Counted from the first letter of the stretch, positions 20,878 to 31,576 are shown. The stretch is 49,526 nt of DNA from Bacteroidales bacterium (GCA_003556325.1 PWRF01000302.1:1-49526); one strand, 5' to 3'. A program made the numbers and translations. The notes: generated from the sequence alone by a model not told the origin.

Positions 20878-20941
20878 GTTGAGGTTAAGGTTAAGTTTAA
20901 GTTTATGGCTAAGGTTACGGATATGTTTTAGGTTGGGGTTG
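20876..20941 (+). repeat. degenerate hexamer tandem repeat (AGGTTA/AGGTTG), 11 units
   Basis: aggttg aggtta aggtta agttta agttta tggcta aggtta cggata tgtttt aggttg gggttg, directly after the stop codon. Confidence 0.75.
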
Positions 20942-21087
20942 GGAAGCAGGTATTTGCAAAGTTTGAAAGCCCCGTAGCCGAGGCATTTGGACTGCGGTGG
21001 AGAAGTGCGGAGTAGCAAACAATAGCTGCAGCAGGCGAATAAAATTTTGCTATATTGATTTGATGTATTATTTTTGCAACACAAAAT

Positions 21088-21161
21088 CGGGGTGTGGCGC
21101 AGTTGGCTAGCGCACTTGCATGGGGTGCAAGGGGTCGGAAGTTCGAGTCTTCTCACCCCGA
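21088..21161 (+). tRNA. tRNA-Pro (GGG)
   Basis: Acceptor stem CGGGGTG/CACCCCG, anticodon stem CTTGC/GCAAG with loop ATGGGGT, T-loop GTTCGAGTC; CCA not encoded. TATTTTTG promoter box at 21069-21076. Confidence 0.96.
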
Positions 21162-21171
21162 CTTGTAAATC

Positions 21172-21208
21172 AAAGAGTTACGGAAATAACAATCTGTAAC
21201 TCTTTTTT
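21172..21208 (+). terminator. terminator after tRNA-Pro
   Basis: AAAGAGTTACGGA / TCTGTAACTCTTT stem followed by a T-run. Confidence 0.8.
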
Positions 21209-21345
21209 ATTTGCATACAAACTGTTTTTTTAGCCAGCTGCAACATACTTACTCAAATGCATAGAGTAATATTTGCCCCAATGTTTGCACAATGCACCCA
21301 GAAACGCAAATCTTCAATCACACCTCTTATTACTGATGCCCCTGG

Positions 21346-21753
21346 CTATTTTAGCCTGTTTGTTATTTCCATTAATTTATTGATATCAGAATCATATTCC
21401 TCTGCATAATTCTTTGGAAATGCACCGTAACGTTTCATTTTTCCCGATAACGCATCAGTTAAGGTTGACCATATTTTGGCTCTTTTCGATTTTGTGACCC
21501 TCTGCAGGCTTAATTTATCCTTTGATGTACCATATTTCTCTGCCAGTTCACAGATGTGTTTTTTAGCTTCTTGAATTGTAGAAATGTTGGCTTCAATGGT
21601 CTTGTCATCAACGTCTTTTACCAGCACATTGCAACATGAACTGTGTTGCACTTGCAGCATGGTTTCAAGCTCCATCAGTGATTTTTCAACAATAATCAAA
21701 CTTGATGAAAGTGACCGTGTATGGTTTTTCGATAACTGTATCTTCTTGCCCAT
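21346..21753 (-). CDS. hypothetical helical protein in an AT-rich islet
   Basis: 135-aa ORF with ATG start and a TAACTTTG -7 box at 21788-21781. Confidence 0.72.
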   Translation of the reverse strand: MGKKIQLSKNHTRSLSSSLIIVEKSLMELETMLQVQHSSCCNVLVKDVDDKTIEANISTIQEAKKHICELAEKYGTSKDKLSLQRVTKSKRAKIWSTLTDALSGKMKRYGAFPKNYAEEYDSDINKLMEITNRLK

Positions 21754-21971
21754 TTCTTTTACAAAATCATCCTAAGCACACAAAGTTATTAAAATCCAAG
21801 TACTTATTAACTACCCATTGTTTTATTTGGCAATCGGTCACAATTATATTTTTTTGATTGATTTTTTGATTGAAAAGTTTCGCCACCGTGTCCCCACAGT
21901 TTCCACACATTATGATGGATAGGAGAAGCGCCGGTAAGAACCGGTGCGCTTTAATACCTTTAGTGTGTGAG

Positions 21972-23564
21972 TTACTCTTCTTCTTCCTCGGCGGCTATTA
22001 CAGGATGTGCCGTGTAAACATCTCTGGGTTCTTTAACGAAGAACCAAAGCAGGGCGGAAATACCCACAGTAAGGGCACTTACAATAAATATTACACCCTT
22101 ATTTTCAGCTTCCTGAACAAGTTCACCTACACCAAAGCTTGATACAAATTGCGGCAATACCACCGCAAGATTGAACAAGCCCATGTAAAGGCCCATGCGC
22201 GATTGGGATATTTTCTGAGACATAATGGCAAAAGGCAGACTAATGGTTGCCGCCCAGCCGATTCCGACAATAGCCATGAGTGCATAGATCATTGCCGGAG
22301 CGTATCCAAACTGTAAAATGCTTAAATAGCCCAGCGTCATGATGGTGATACTTACCGCATGTGTTCGGACCCTTCCAAATCGCGCAGCAAGGGGTTCAAG
22401 TATCAATACGGGGATGATGGCAGCCACCAGGTTGAGCGAGAAAAAGCTCCAGTTGACAATGCGGCCGATGGTAGCGTTGATCTCTTGTATGCGTTCTGCT
22501 TCCATTAATTCGTTTGCCCCATTTTCAAGTATGCCGGGATCGATATCCACATCGGCAAGTTCCGGGACCCTGAAACGCACGAAAGCGAAAAGGTAAATAA
22601 ACATTGTTTGCACACCGATCCATGTGAAGGAGTGAGCGGCAAGCACCTTTCTGAAACCAATCAGGCCGTCTTTTTCGCGGGAAATGCCCATTTCTTTTTG
22701 TGTCATGGTGATCACCACCACCACAACCGTCATAAGGCCGCAAAAGATCTCCAGGCCATAGTAGGGAATGTCCGGAAACAATCCCAGCCTTCTGAATATC
22801 CCATAGAATGCATAAATAAGAAATCCCCAGAGAGGCAAAATGGTTTTCATTATTTCGTACAGGGAAGCTTCATTTACGCTGTCCTTTTTGTTGTCAGCAT
22901 CTGCTTTGCTGGCAGCGGCAGCGGCTTCGTCGTCTTTGCCATACTGACCAAGGTACCTGGGTTCTTTTATAAAAAAGGGCGGGATCACAGAAAACAGGAA
23001 TACGAGTACAACCCCGAAATAGATCAGCACATAGTTGCCCCAGATGGCGCCAATCAGGTAGGCCAGGACACCAAATGTACCCGAAACGGTTTGCATCCAT
23101 GTGTATCCTTTTGTTCTGGGGCGCCCTTCCGGTGTGACGTCGGCTATAATGGCCCGGGTAGGGTTGAAGCTGATATTTATGGCCAGGTCTATGCTAAGAG
23201 AAACAACAATGGCAATCCCAAGAACGCCTTCAAGGCCCATTCCGGCCTGTATGATCCCAATATTTGGCAAGGCCAGCAGGCCCAGGGCTGCAAGCACACC
23301 TCCCACCAGGATAAAGGCACGGCGCCGCCCGTTCATAACCCAGACATTATCACTGATGATGCCCACCACAACCTGCCCGATAATGCCAGCCAGCGGTCCG
23401 GTAGCCCACACCAGGCCAATGTCGCTGATCTCTAACCCGTACTTTGTGCTTAAAAGCCAGCTTAAAGCGGCGATCTGAACAGCCAGGCCAAAGCCCATCG
23501 CCGTGGCAGGCAGGCTAAGCATGGCATAGAACGAATTCGTAAGTTTCCTTTGAAATGGTAACAT
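21972..23564 (-). CDS. MFS sugar:cation symporter (SLC45/SUC/MalT-like)
   Basis: WATGPLAGIIGQ, SD..GRRRAFI, DLAINISFNPTRAIIAD and GLYMGLFNLAVVLPQ motifs. Confidence 0.88.
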   Translation of the reverse strand: MLPFQRKLTNSFYAMLSLPATAMGFGLAVQIAALSWLLSTKYGLEISDIGLVWATGPLAGIIGQVVVGIISDNVWVMNGRRRAFILVGGVLAALGLLALPNIGIIQAGMGLEGVLGIAIVVSLSIDLAINISFNPTRAIIADVTPEGRPRTKGYTWMQTVSGTFGVLAYLIGAIWGNYVLIYFGVVLVFLFSVIPPFFIKEPRYLGQYGKDDEAAAAASKADADNKKDSVNEASLYEIMKTILPLWGFLIYAFYGIFRRLGLFPDIPYYGLEIFCGLMTVVVVVITMTQKEMGISREKDGLIGFRKVLAAHSFTWIGVQTMFIYLFAFVRFRVPELADVDIDPGILENGANELMEAERIQEINATIGRIVNWSFFSLNLVAAIIPVLILEPLAARFGRVRTHAVSITIMTLGYLSILQFGYAPAMIYALMAIVGIGWAATISLPFAIMSQKISQSRMGLYMGLFNLAVVLPQFVSSFGVGELVQEAENKGVIFIVSALTVGISALLWFFVKEPRDVYTAHPVIAAEEEEE

Positions 23565-23749
23565 AATGTTTCTGATTTGTTGTCAGTAAAAGTACAAATT
23601 TTGAACTTTCTGCGGACAAATAATTTGCGGGGTTTGGAGTGTGGTTCTTAGCTCAGCAAAGGATCACACGGTCTGACCTTAACATACACTTGCCCGGGGT
23701 TATGTATTTACAGGGGAAACCATTATTTTTGTGGTGAAAAAAAAAGCGT

Positions 23750-24175
23750 ATGGCTGCACCGGGCATTTTACTTTTTGGGATCAGCGGAGGTGAGATACTT
23801 ATGCTCATCCTTCTGGTTCTGCTGTTGTTCGGCCCCAAAAAGATCCCGGAAATAGCACGCATGCTCGGGAAGGGCCTCGGAGAAGTGCGTAAAGTGCAAC
23901 GTGAGATCAATTCGGAAATTCACAGGTATTCATCGGAGGTCGAAAGCGAAAACCGAAAGATGGAATCTGAAATGAAAAAAGAGGTTGAAGCCTTCAAAAA
24001 CACCCCGGATTCCGGTTCTGCAGATGCTTCTGATAATGATAAGAAACCTGTTGAAAAAAAGGAATCCAGCCAGGACCATACGGGGCCGGAATCATCTTAC
24101 AGCAAGAAAGACGATCAGGATTTGCCGTATCCATACAAAAGGGATGAAGAGCAAGAAAAATCATCAGACCAGTAG
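23750..24175 (+). CDS. twin-arginine translocase TatA/TatB family subunit
   Basis: GGEILMLILLVLLLFGPKKIPEIARMLGKG followed by a charged tail. Confidence 0.88.
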   Translation: MAAPGILLFGISGGEILMLILLVLLLFGPKKIPEIARMLGKGLGEVRKVQREINSEIHRYSSEVESENRKMESEMKKEVEAFKNTPDSGSADASDNDKKPVEKKESSQDHTGPESSYSKKDDQDLPYPYKRDEEQEKSSDQ

Positions 24176-24256
24176 CTTCTTTCCTGCAATTATTTTTCTC
24201 CTGCTGCGTTTTTTATCATGGCAGTCTAATAGTAATGAAGTTAATGTTCCTTACCT

Positions 24257-26338
24257 ATGCATAAATTGATCAAATTCGCTCTTTTGGCCTTTGGGGTGAT
24301 CCTGTTCTCTTCACCTGACCTATACGGCCAAAGCCGTCGCCTGGAGCGTGCAGAAAGGGCTTTCGAGCTTCAGCAATACCATGAGGCAATCGATTTATAC
24401 CGGCGTGTTATTGACCGGTTAGACCGGGGAGAAAGAGAGAAGTCGGCGGAGCTTTCGTTTAAGGTAGCCCTGTGCTACAGGTATACAAATAATCACCGGA
24501 TGGCGGAGTCCTGGTTCAGAAGGGCTATACGGGCTGATTACCCCGATCCGGTAGCTTTGCTTTACATGGCTCAGGCAAAAATGCAGAATGAAAAGTACGA
24601 TGAGGCCAGGGAAACTTTTAAATCCTATATTGAATTAGAGCCGGACGATTGGCGGGGACACCAGGGGCTGGCATCCATTGAGCTGGCTATGAAGCTTAAA
24701 GAACAACCTCTCGATTATGAGGTGGAAGCCGTGAGGCTTTTTAATTCCCCGGCCGATGATATGACCCCTGCGTTTGGTGACCACCGGGGGACCACCCTAA
24801 TATATGCATCTTCCCGGGACGATGCTATGGGCCGGGAAGAAGATCCCTGGACCGGTAACAAACACAGTTCTTTCTTTGTTTCTTACCAGGACCGTGCAGG
24901 AAACTGGGACCGCCCCAATTTGCTGGACGAAGGTCCTGTTAATACCGAATACAACGAAGGCGCACCGTCAATAAATGCCTCGGCCACAGTTATGTACTTT
25001 ACCCGGTGTACCCGCGCTGAGGGTGTCAGCATGGGGTGCCGGATCTTCAGAGCCACACGCGAAGGCCCCGACTGGGCAAACCCCCAGGAAGTGTCCCTTA
25101 CCGAAGACAGCCTCATCACCGTTGGGCACCCCGCCATAAGCCCCGATGAGCTCGAACTCTACTTTGTTTCAGACAGACCGGGAGGTGTAGGGGAAAAGGA
25201 TATCTGGGTGGCACGACGGCAAACCACAAACGACGAATTTGGAAGGCCTGAAAACCTTGGCGAGACTATCAACACAAAAGGGAACGAAATGTTTCCCTAT
25301 GTGCATGAGGACGGTACACTCTATTTTGCATCCGACGGACATCCGGGAATGGGCGGATTGGACATTTTCAGATCAGTATATACCTCTGATGGCTGGTCCG
25401 AGCCTGAGAACTTAGGCCCACCCTTTAACAGCGCCGCCGACGATTTTGGGATTGTTTTCAAGCCTGGCAGGGAAGAAGGCTTTTTTACCTCCAACAGGGG
25501 CAGAAGGGGAATTTATGACATTTACTCATTCTATCAGGCTCCCGTTGAGTTTATTATAAGTGGGGTAGTGCTCGACGACAGCACGCAGACCACAGTGCCG
25601 CGCGCAAATGTTCAGCTGGTAGGTTCCGACGGGACCCTGCTTCAGATAGAATCCGAAGCCGACGGGAGCTTTGTCTTCGATGAGACCGTACTTCGTGAAA
25701 ACACCGATTATGAAATACTTGTCAACAAAACGGGATATTTTTCCGGAAGAGCCACGGAATCGACCAGGGGATATGAAAGAAGCCATGAGTTTGAAGTTGA
25801 AATATCCATTGCACCCATTCCTGTAACAGCGATCGAACTGCCTGAGATCCTCTATGAATTTGACAGCTGGGAGCTTCAGACACAATTTAAGGATTCTCTC
25901 AACGGCCTCGTTCAAACCTTGCAGGACAATCCGCATATTGTGATTGAACTTGCCTCCCATACCGACAGCAGGGGTACCCATGAGTATAACGATACACTCT
26001 CTTTGCGGCGTGCACAGGAAGTGGTGGAATATCTTGTCGAACAAGGCATTGAACCCGAACGCATTGAAGCCGCGGGTTATGGCAAGCGTGAGCCACGGGT
26101 TCTCGACCGCGACCTGGAAAGGAACGGGTATTTCTTCGAAGAAGGGACTGAACTTACAGAGGAGTTTATTGAAAGCCTGGAAACGGAAGAAAAACAAGAA
26201 GTGGCACACGAGATGAACCGACGTACAGAATTCAGGGTGCTTAGGGAAGATTATCAACCACCTCCCGGAGAAGATGAAGAGGACATGCAGGAGGACGAGG
26301 AGCAGGAAGCGGAAGACATACCAGAACCTGACAGATAA
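24257..26338 (+). CDS. PorE-like TPR-PD40-CRD-OmpA peptidoglycan-binding protein
   Basis: TPRs, PD40 repeats (LYFVSDRPGG, LYFASDGHPGMGGLD), OmpA domain (SHTDSRG, LSLRRA, NRRTEF). The signal peptide has no lipobox Cys. Confidence 0.88.
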   Translation: MHKLIKFALLAFGVILFSSPDLYGQSRRLERAERAFELQQYHEAIDLYRRVIDRLDRGEREKSAELSFKVALCYRYTNNHRMAESWFRRAIRADYPDPVALLYMAQAKMQNEKYDEARETFKSYIELEPDDWRGHQGLASIELAMKLKEQPLDYEVEAVRLFNSPADDMTPAFGDHRGTTLIYASSRDDAMGREEDPWTGNKHSSFFVSYQDRAGNWDRPNLLDEGPVNTEYNEGAPSINASATVMYFTRCTRAEGVSMGCRIFRATREGPDWANPQEVSLTEDSLITVGHPAISPDELELYFVSDRPGGVGEKDIWVARRQTTNDEFGRPENLGETINTKGNEMFPYVHEDGTLYFASDGHPGMGGLDIFRSVYTSDGWSEPENLGPPFNSAADDFGIVFKPGREEGFFTSNRGRRGIYDIYSFYQAPVEFIISGVVLDDSTQTTVPRANVQLVGSDGTLLQIESEADGSFVFDETVLRENTDYEILVNKTGYFSGRATESTRGYERSHEFEVEISIAPIPVTAIELPEILYEFDSWELQTQFKDSLNGLVQTLQDNPHIVIELASHTDSRGTHEYNDTLSLRRAQEVVEYLVEQGIEPERIEAAGYGKREPRVLDRDLERNGYFFEEGTELTEEFIESLETEEKQEVAHEMNRRTEFRVLREDYQPPPGEDEEDMQEDEEQEAEDIPEPDR

Positions 26339-27504
26339 TGGGAACTTATCAGCAAAGGGGAGTTTCCTCCGACAAAGAAGATGTGCATAAGGCCATTGGC
26401 AAACTGGACAAGGGATTGTACCCTAAAGCGTTTTGCAAAATTTTGCCGGACCATCTTACCGGCTCGCGGGAGCATTGCCTGGTGATGCATGCCGACGGCG
26501 CCGGAACCAAGTCTTCGCTTGCATGGATGTACTGGAAAGAAACCGGCGACTTGTCGGTATGGGCCGGTATCGCCCAGGATGCAATCGTTATGAACCTGGA
26601 CGACCTGCTATGCGTGGGGGTAACAGATAACATTCTTTTGTCATCAACCATTGGCCGTAACAAAAAGCAAATCCCAGGAGAAGTCGTGAAGGCAATTATC
26701 GAAGGTACAGATGCCTTCCTGGAAAACCTTCGCGATCTCGGAATCCGGGTTTATCTGACAGGAGGAGAAACGGCAGATGTCGGGGACCTGGTGCGTACCG
26801 TTATTGTGGACTCCACCGTTACGGCACGAATACCGCGCAGGCAGGTTGTTGACAACAGCAGGATCCGCGAAAACGATGTCATCGTCGGATTAGCCTCTTT
26901 CGGTCAAACCACTTACGAGGATCATTACAACAGCGGGATCGGAAGCAACGGCCTGACCTCTGCCAGGCACGATATTTTTCATCACAGCTATGCTGAGAGG
27001 TATCCGGAAAGCTATGACCCGGATCTTGACAGGCGTGTTGTATACACCGGTACATGCAGCCTCACGGAAAATATCCCGGGCATGCCACTGAATATGGGCA
27101 AAATGGTGCTAAGCCCAACCCGGACATATGCCCCGGTTGTCAAAGAGATCCTCAACAATTTTTACGGCCAGATCCATGGCATGGTCCATTGCAGTGGGGG
27201 AGGCCAGACCAAGATCCTGCATTTCATCGGGCAGCTGCATGTTATCAAAGAAAGCCCGTTTGATCCGCCACCCCTTTTTGGCTATATCCAGCAAAGCACG
27301 TCGACGCCGTGGCGAGAGATGTATAAAGTGTTCAACATGGGACACCGCTTCGAACTTTACCTGCCGGATGAAAGGGTGGCAGAGGAAATTATAGAACTCT
27401 GCAAAGGCTTTGGATTGGAAGCCAAAATCATAGGCCGGGTCACAGGATCCGATCAAAAACGACTTACGATCAAAGGGCCCGGAGGCTATATTCACTATCC
27501 CTGA
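26338..27504 (+). CDS. purM: phosphoribosylformylglycinamidine cyclo-ligase (AIR synthase)
   Basis: [26 protein letters not shown] and VFNMG motifs. Confidence 0.93.
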   Translation: MGTYQQRGVSSDKEDVHKAIGKLDKGLYPKAFCKILPDHLTGSREHCLVMHADGAGTKSSLAWMYWKETGDLSVWAGIAQDAIVMNLDDLLCVGVTDNILLSSTIGRNKKQIPGEVVKAIIEGTDAFLENLRDLGIRVYLTGGETADVGDLVRTVIVDSTVTARIPRRQVVDNSRIRENDVIVGLASFGQTTYEDHYNSGIGSNGLTSARHDIFHHSYAERYPESYDPDLDRRVVYTGTCSLTENIPGMPLNMGKMVLSPTRTYAPVVKEILNNFYGQIHGMVHCSGGGQTKILHFIGQLHVIKESPFDPPPLFGYIQQSTSTPWREMYKVFNMGHRFELYLPDERVAEEIIELCKGFGLEAKIIGRVTGSDQKRLTIKGPGGYIHYP

Positions 27505-27553
27505 TCTTACTTCAGCCCATTTTTGTACCTTTGCAGTTCTAAAACCATTCGCC

Positions 27554-28627
27554 ATGTTACTGGAGAAATTAGAGGCTATTAAAGAACGCCATGAAGAGGT
27601 GGCCAGACTTATTGCTGACCCTGATGTGATCTCGGATATGAAGAGGTATATCAAACTCAGCAAAGAGTATAAAGACCTTGAACCCATCATAGACGCACAT
27701 AAGACGTACAAAAATGTGCTGGATAACATTGCATCTGCCAGGGAGCTCCTCAATAAGGAAAAAGACGCTGAGTTCAGGGAGATGGCACGCGCCGAGCTTG
27801 ATGAACTGCAGGAAAGAAAGGAAGCGCTGGAAGAAAAGATCCGTCTGCTCCTGATCCCTAAAGATCCGCAGGATGACAAAAATGCCATTGTGGAGATCCG
27901 TGCCGGCACCGGTGGGGATGAGGCCGCCATCTTTGCCGGAGACCTCTACCGGATGTACAGCAAGTTCTGCGAATCCAGAAACTGGAAAACAGAGCTGGTG
28001 GATATGAACGAAGGGACCTCCGGAGGGTTTAAAGAAGTAATATTCAACGTCTCGGGAGACGGTGTTTACGGAGTGCTGAAATACGAATCCGGGGTACACC
28101 GGGTACAAAGGGTCCCGCAAACCGAAACACAGGGAAGGGTACATACTTCTGCCGCCACCGTTGCCGTCCTGCCTGAAGCGGACGAGTTTGATGTGGATCT
28201 TAAACCGGCCGACATAAAGAAAGAGACCTTCTGCTCTTCAGGGCCCGGAGGACAATCTGTGAACACTACCTATTCGGCCGTGAGGCTTACACACGAGCCC
28301 TCGGGTATCGTTGTGTCGTGCCAGGATCAAAAGTCGCAGATCAAAAACCTGGAAAAAGCCATGAAAGTTCTGCGGACACGGCTTTTTGACATGGAATACA
28401 AGAAATACCTCGACGAGATCGCCTCCAAGCGCAAGACCATGGTGTCTTCGGGCGACAGGTCGGCAAAGATCAGGACCTATAATTTCCCCCAGGGACGGGT
28501 GACAGACCACCGGATAGGCCTTACGCTATACAACCTGTCGGCCATAATGGACGGCGACATCCAGGAGATCATCGACGCCCTGCAGGTAGCTGAAAATGCT
28601 GAAAAACTCAGGGAAGGCGTTTCCTGA
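27554..28627 (+). CDS. prfA: peptide chain release factor 1
   Basis: GGQ motif and PxT (PQT) recognition loop; TACCTTTG box at 27526-27533. Confidence 0.97.
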   Translation: MLLEKLEAIKERHEEVARLIADPDVISDMKRYIKLSKEYKDLEPIIDAHKTYKNVLDNIASARELLNKEKDAEFREMARAELDELQERKEALEEKIRLLLIPKDPQDDKNAIVEIRAGTGGDEAAIFAGDLYRMYSKFCESRNWKTELVDMNEGTSGGFKEVIFNVSGDGVYGVLKYESGVHRVQRVPQTETQGRVHTSAATVAVLPEADEFDVDLKPADIKKETFCSSGPGGQSVNTTYSAVRLTHEPSGIVVSCQDQKSQIKNLEKAMKVLRTRLFDMEYKKYLDEIASKRKTMVSSGDRSAKIRTYNFPQGRVTDHRIGLTLYNLSAIMDGDIQEIIDALQVAENAEKLREGVS

Positions 28628-28643
28628 GAGAATTCGTGAAAGG

Positions 28644-29531
28644 ATGAACAGACAAGAGATCATTGATACCATCAGGAAGAAGCGCTCCTTTTTATGTGTC
28701 GGTTTGGATCCCGACATGGACTTAATGCCGCCTGTGGTCAGAAACAGCTCTGATAATCCGCTTTTCGAGTTCAACCGGATCATTATCGATGCAACTATCG
28801 ACCTGGCTGTAGCATATAAGCCCAACATTGCCTTTTATGAGAGTCATGGCAGCCTTGGTTGGAAAAGCCTGGAAAAGACAGCGGAATATCTTGCATCCCA
28901 CCCCCGGGGCCCTGTGTTCACCATCGCCGATGCAAAACGCGCTGATATCGGCAATTCATCCTGTCAATACGCAAAAACCTTCCTGGAAAACCTGCCTTTT
29001 GATGCTGTGACCGTAAATCCATACATGGGGTACGATTCTGTAAAGCCTTTTCTTGATATGCCGGCTAAATGGACCGTGATCCTGGCCCTGACATCCAATC
29101 CCGGTGCCGGTGACTTTCAGACCAGGGAGTTCGTAACAGTCGTCAGAGAAGAAAAGCCAGGCATAGGCACTCCGTTGCAGTTGCACCAGGCTGTCCTGGA
29201 AACGTGCCTTTCGTGGGGTAGTCCTGAAAACATGATGTTTGTGGTGGGAGCCACCCGGCCGTCGTACCTTGCAGATATGCGGAAAAGGGCGCCTGATCAT
29301 TTCTTCCTTGTACCCGGTGTAGGGGCACAGGGCGGAAAGCTGGCAGAAGTGGCTGCCCATGGCATGAATCAGGATACCGGAATCCTTGTAAACAGCTCAC
29401 GTGGCATAATCCATGCCTCACGGGACGAAGACTTCGATGTAAAAGCACGTGAAGCGGCCTTAGCTCTTCAGAAGCAGATGGAAATTATTCTTGGTGCATC
29501 ACCCCATAAACACTCTCAGGATGGTGTATAA
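28644..29531 (+). CDS. pyrF: orotidine-5'-phosphate decarboxylase
   Basis: LCVGLDP, YKPN, DAKRADIGNS, TSNPG, VVGAT and PGVGAQGG motifs. ATG 28644 avoids overlap with prfA. Confidence 0.94.
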   Translation: MNRQEIIDTIRKKRSFLCVGLDPDMDLMPPVVRNSSDNPLFEFNRIIIDATIDLAVAYKPNIAFYESHGSLGWKSLEKTAEYLASHPRGPVFTIADAKRADIGNSSCQYAKTFLENLPFDAVTVNPYMGYDSVKPFLDMPAKWTVILALTSNPGAGDFQTREFVTVVREEKPGIGTPLQLHQAVLETCLSWGSPENMMFVVGATRPSYLADMRKRAPDHFFLVPGVGAQGGKLAEVAAHGMNQDTGILVNSSRGIIHASRDEDFDVKAREAALALQKQMEIILGASPHKHSQDGV

Positions 29532-29647
29532 ATCAAACGGTAACAGGCTTTGCTTACAACAAAGGTCATAGATGGCGAAAATGCCGTTCCTGATCGCTGT
29601 TTTGCCATTCAAGTGCGTTAGTTATAAATGTAAAAACTTTTAGGATA

Positions 29648-30898
29648 GTGAATTTTTCTGATTTTCAATTCGACAGTCGTTTGATGGATGGGATCGAGGC
29701 GATGCAATATAAGGAAGCAACCCCGGTCCAGGAACAGGTGATCCCGCAAATACTTGATGGCAGGGATGTGATTGCCTGCGCACAAACAGGTACCGGGAAA
29801 ACAGCAGCATTTTTGCTTCCCGTTATTCACCGGATAATCACAAACAGGAATAACGAGGATCGTATCAAAGCAATGGTTATTGTACCTACCAGGGAGTTAG
29901 CCGTACAAATATCGCAGCAAATGGAAGGTTTCGGGTATTTTACACCGGTAAGTTCCCTTGCAATTTATGGTGGTGGCACCGGCGAGGTGTATGCGGCAGA
30001 GAAGAAAGCGCTAAAGAGCGGCGTGGACCTTTTAGTATGCACGCCCGGACGGATGATCAGCCACCTCAACCTGGGGTATGCAGATTTCAGCGGCCTTGAT
30101 TTTCTCATTCTTGACGAAGCCGACAGGATGCTGGATATGGGCTTCCATGACGACATCATGAAAATCATCTCCTTCCTCCCAAAGAACAGGCAAAGCTTGC
30201 TGTTTTCCGCAACGATGCCTCCAAAGATCAGGGAATTAAGCAGAAAGATCCTCAGGAAACCTGTGGAAATAAATATTGGACTGTCAACACCACCCGAACA
30301 GATCGGCCAGGAAGCTTATATGGTTTACCAGGACCAGAAGTTGCCGGTAATACAATGGCTTGTTCAGGATAGCAGGATGAGAAGCATCCTTATCTTCAGC
30401 GACACGAAATCCGGGGTTAAGCAACTGGCCAAAGAGCTGAAAAGGAGTCAGCAATCTGTGGAGGAGATCCATTCAGACCTCGCCCAGCCTGTGAGAGAGG
30501 AAGTGATGAATCGTTTCAAAGCCAGGAAAACCCGCATCCTGGTGGCTACAGACGTCATCTCGAGGGGTATCGATGTTGAGGACATCGACATGGTGATCAA
30601 CTACGATGTACCGCATGATGCCGAGGATTATGTGCACCGGATAGGCCGGACGGCAAGAGCCGGTGCCCATGGAAAAGCCTGCACGCTTATTACGCCTTCC
30701 GATCAGGATAAATTTGCTTCCATTGAAAACCTCCTGGGGAACCCTGTTGAAAAAAAGCTATTGCCGGGGGAAATGGGGAAAACCCCGGACTATCAACCGC
30801 GACAGCAAAAGAGCACCAGGCCCGCGAAGAAAAGATACCACCGGCAAAGCAATAAGAGACGAGCTGGCAGGAGCTACGGACAAGGAAAACACAGGTAG
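29648..30898 (+). CDS. DEAD-box RNA helicase (RhlE-like)
   Basis: AQTGTGKT, PTRELA, TPGR, DEAD, SAT and HRIGRTAR motifs; basic C-terminal tail. Confidence 0.95.
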   Translation: MNFSDFQFDSRLMDGIEAMQYKEATPVQEQVIPQILDGRDVIACAQTGTGKTAAFLLPVIHRIITNRNNEDRIKAMVIVPTRELAVQISQQMEGFGYFTPVSSLAIYGGGTGEVYAAEKKALKSGVDLLVCTPGRMISHLNLGYADFSGLDFLILDEADRMLDMGFHDDIMKIISFLPKNRQSLLFSATMPPKIRELSRKILRKPVEINIGLSTPPEQIGQEAYMVYQDQKLPVIQWLVQDSRMRSILIFSDTKSGVKQLAKELKRSQQSVEEIHSDLAQPVREEVMNRFKARKTRILVATDVISRGIDVEDIDMVINYDVPHDAEDYVHRIGRTARAGAHGKACTLITPSDQDKFASIENLLGNPVEKKLLPGEMGKTPDYQPRQQKSTRPAKKRYHRQSNKRRAGRSYGQGKHR

Positions 30899-30906
30899 CC
30901 CTTCAG

Positions 30907-31350
30907 CTACTCTTCCTTGGTCTCTTCAGAAGACTCATCATCCGTGGAAGAACTATCTTTTTCTTCCTCCTTTTTATCTTCCTCCTTTTGATCACCCAGG
31001 TCCTCGAAGGAGATGTCTCCGGCTTTCTTTTCCGACTCATCCTTTGGCTCTGACTCAGCCGGGGGCTTCTCTTTTAAAATTTCGCCCTGCAATCTTTCTA
31101 TGGCGGAAAAAGAATCGCTGAGAGCCTCCCTGAACTTGTCAAAATCCTCCTGGTACAAGAAAAGCTTGTGTTTTTCGTAAAAAAACTTGCCTGTTTGCTG
31201 ATTAAAGCGCCTCTTACTCTCCGTTATTGTAAGATAAAGTTCGTTCGAACGGGTAGATTTTACATCAAAAAAATAAGTACGCTTCCCTGCTCTGACAACC
31301 TTGGAATAAATATCATCCCTTGGTGCATCTGTGCCAAATTCATCCATCAT
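30907..31350 (-). CDS. DUF3276 / PUR-like nucleic-acid-binding protein
   Basis: AGKRTYFFDVK, YLTITESK and KHKLFLYQEDF motifs; acidic tail; -7 box TAAATTTG at 31461-31454. Confidence 0.88.
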   Translation of the reverse strand: MMDEFGTDAPRDDIYSKVVRAGKRTYFFDVKSTRSNELYLTITESKRRFNQQTGKFFYEKHKLFLYQEDFDKFREALSDSFSAIERLQGEILKEKPPAESEPKDESEKKAGDISFEDLGDQKEEDKKEEEKDSSSTDDESSEETKEE

Positions 31351-31576
31351 AATTCTCCTGTTTTCTTTCTTTTCTAAAATAAACGTCTTGCCTTGTTAAA
31401 CAGATTCCACTTTTTGGCATAAATAAGAACGTTAGTGTCTGTTTGACCAATCACAAATTTACGAAACAGGATCAAATATAGAAAAAAAATAACTTACTTT
31501 TGCAGTGAATTAACCGGCCTGCCGTACTGATCAAACCTCCGGGGACACCAGAAATCAATGTTTTGAAGGATACACT

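Noticed and set aside
21088-21970. Intact integrative element or prophage at tRNA-Pro
   Set aside because: No integrase and no second att copy of the tRNA 3' end. At most a remnant.
23639-23669. Hairpin GTGTGGTTCTT/AAGGATCACAC containing TAGCTCAG (tRNA D-arm-like)
   Set aside because: No anticodon arm, T-arm or acceptor stem. It is just a hairpin in a divergent promoter region.
23750-24175. tatA/B without tatC
   Set aside because: Scattered tat genes are normal in this phylum.
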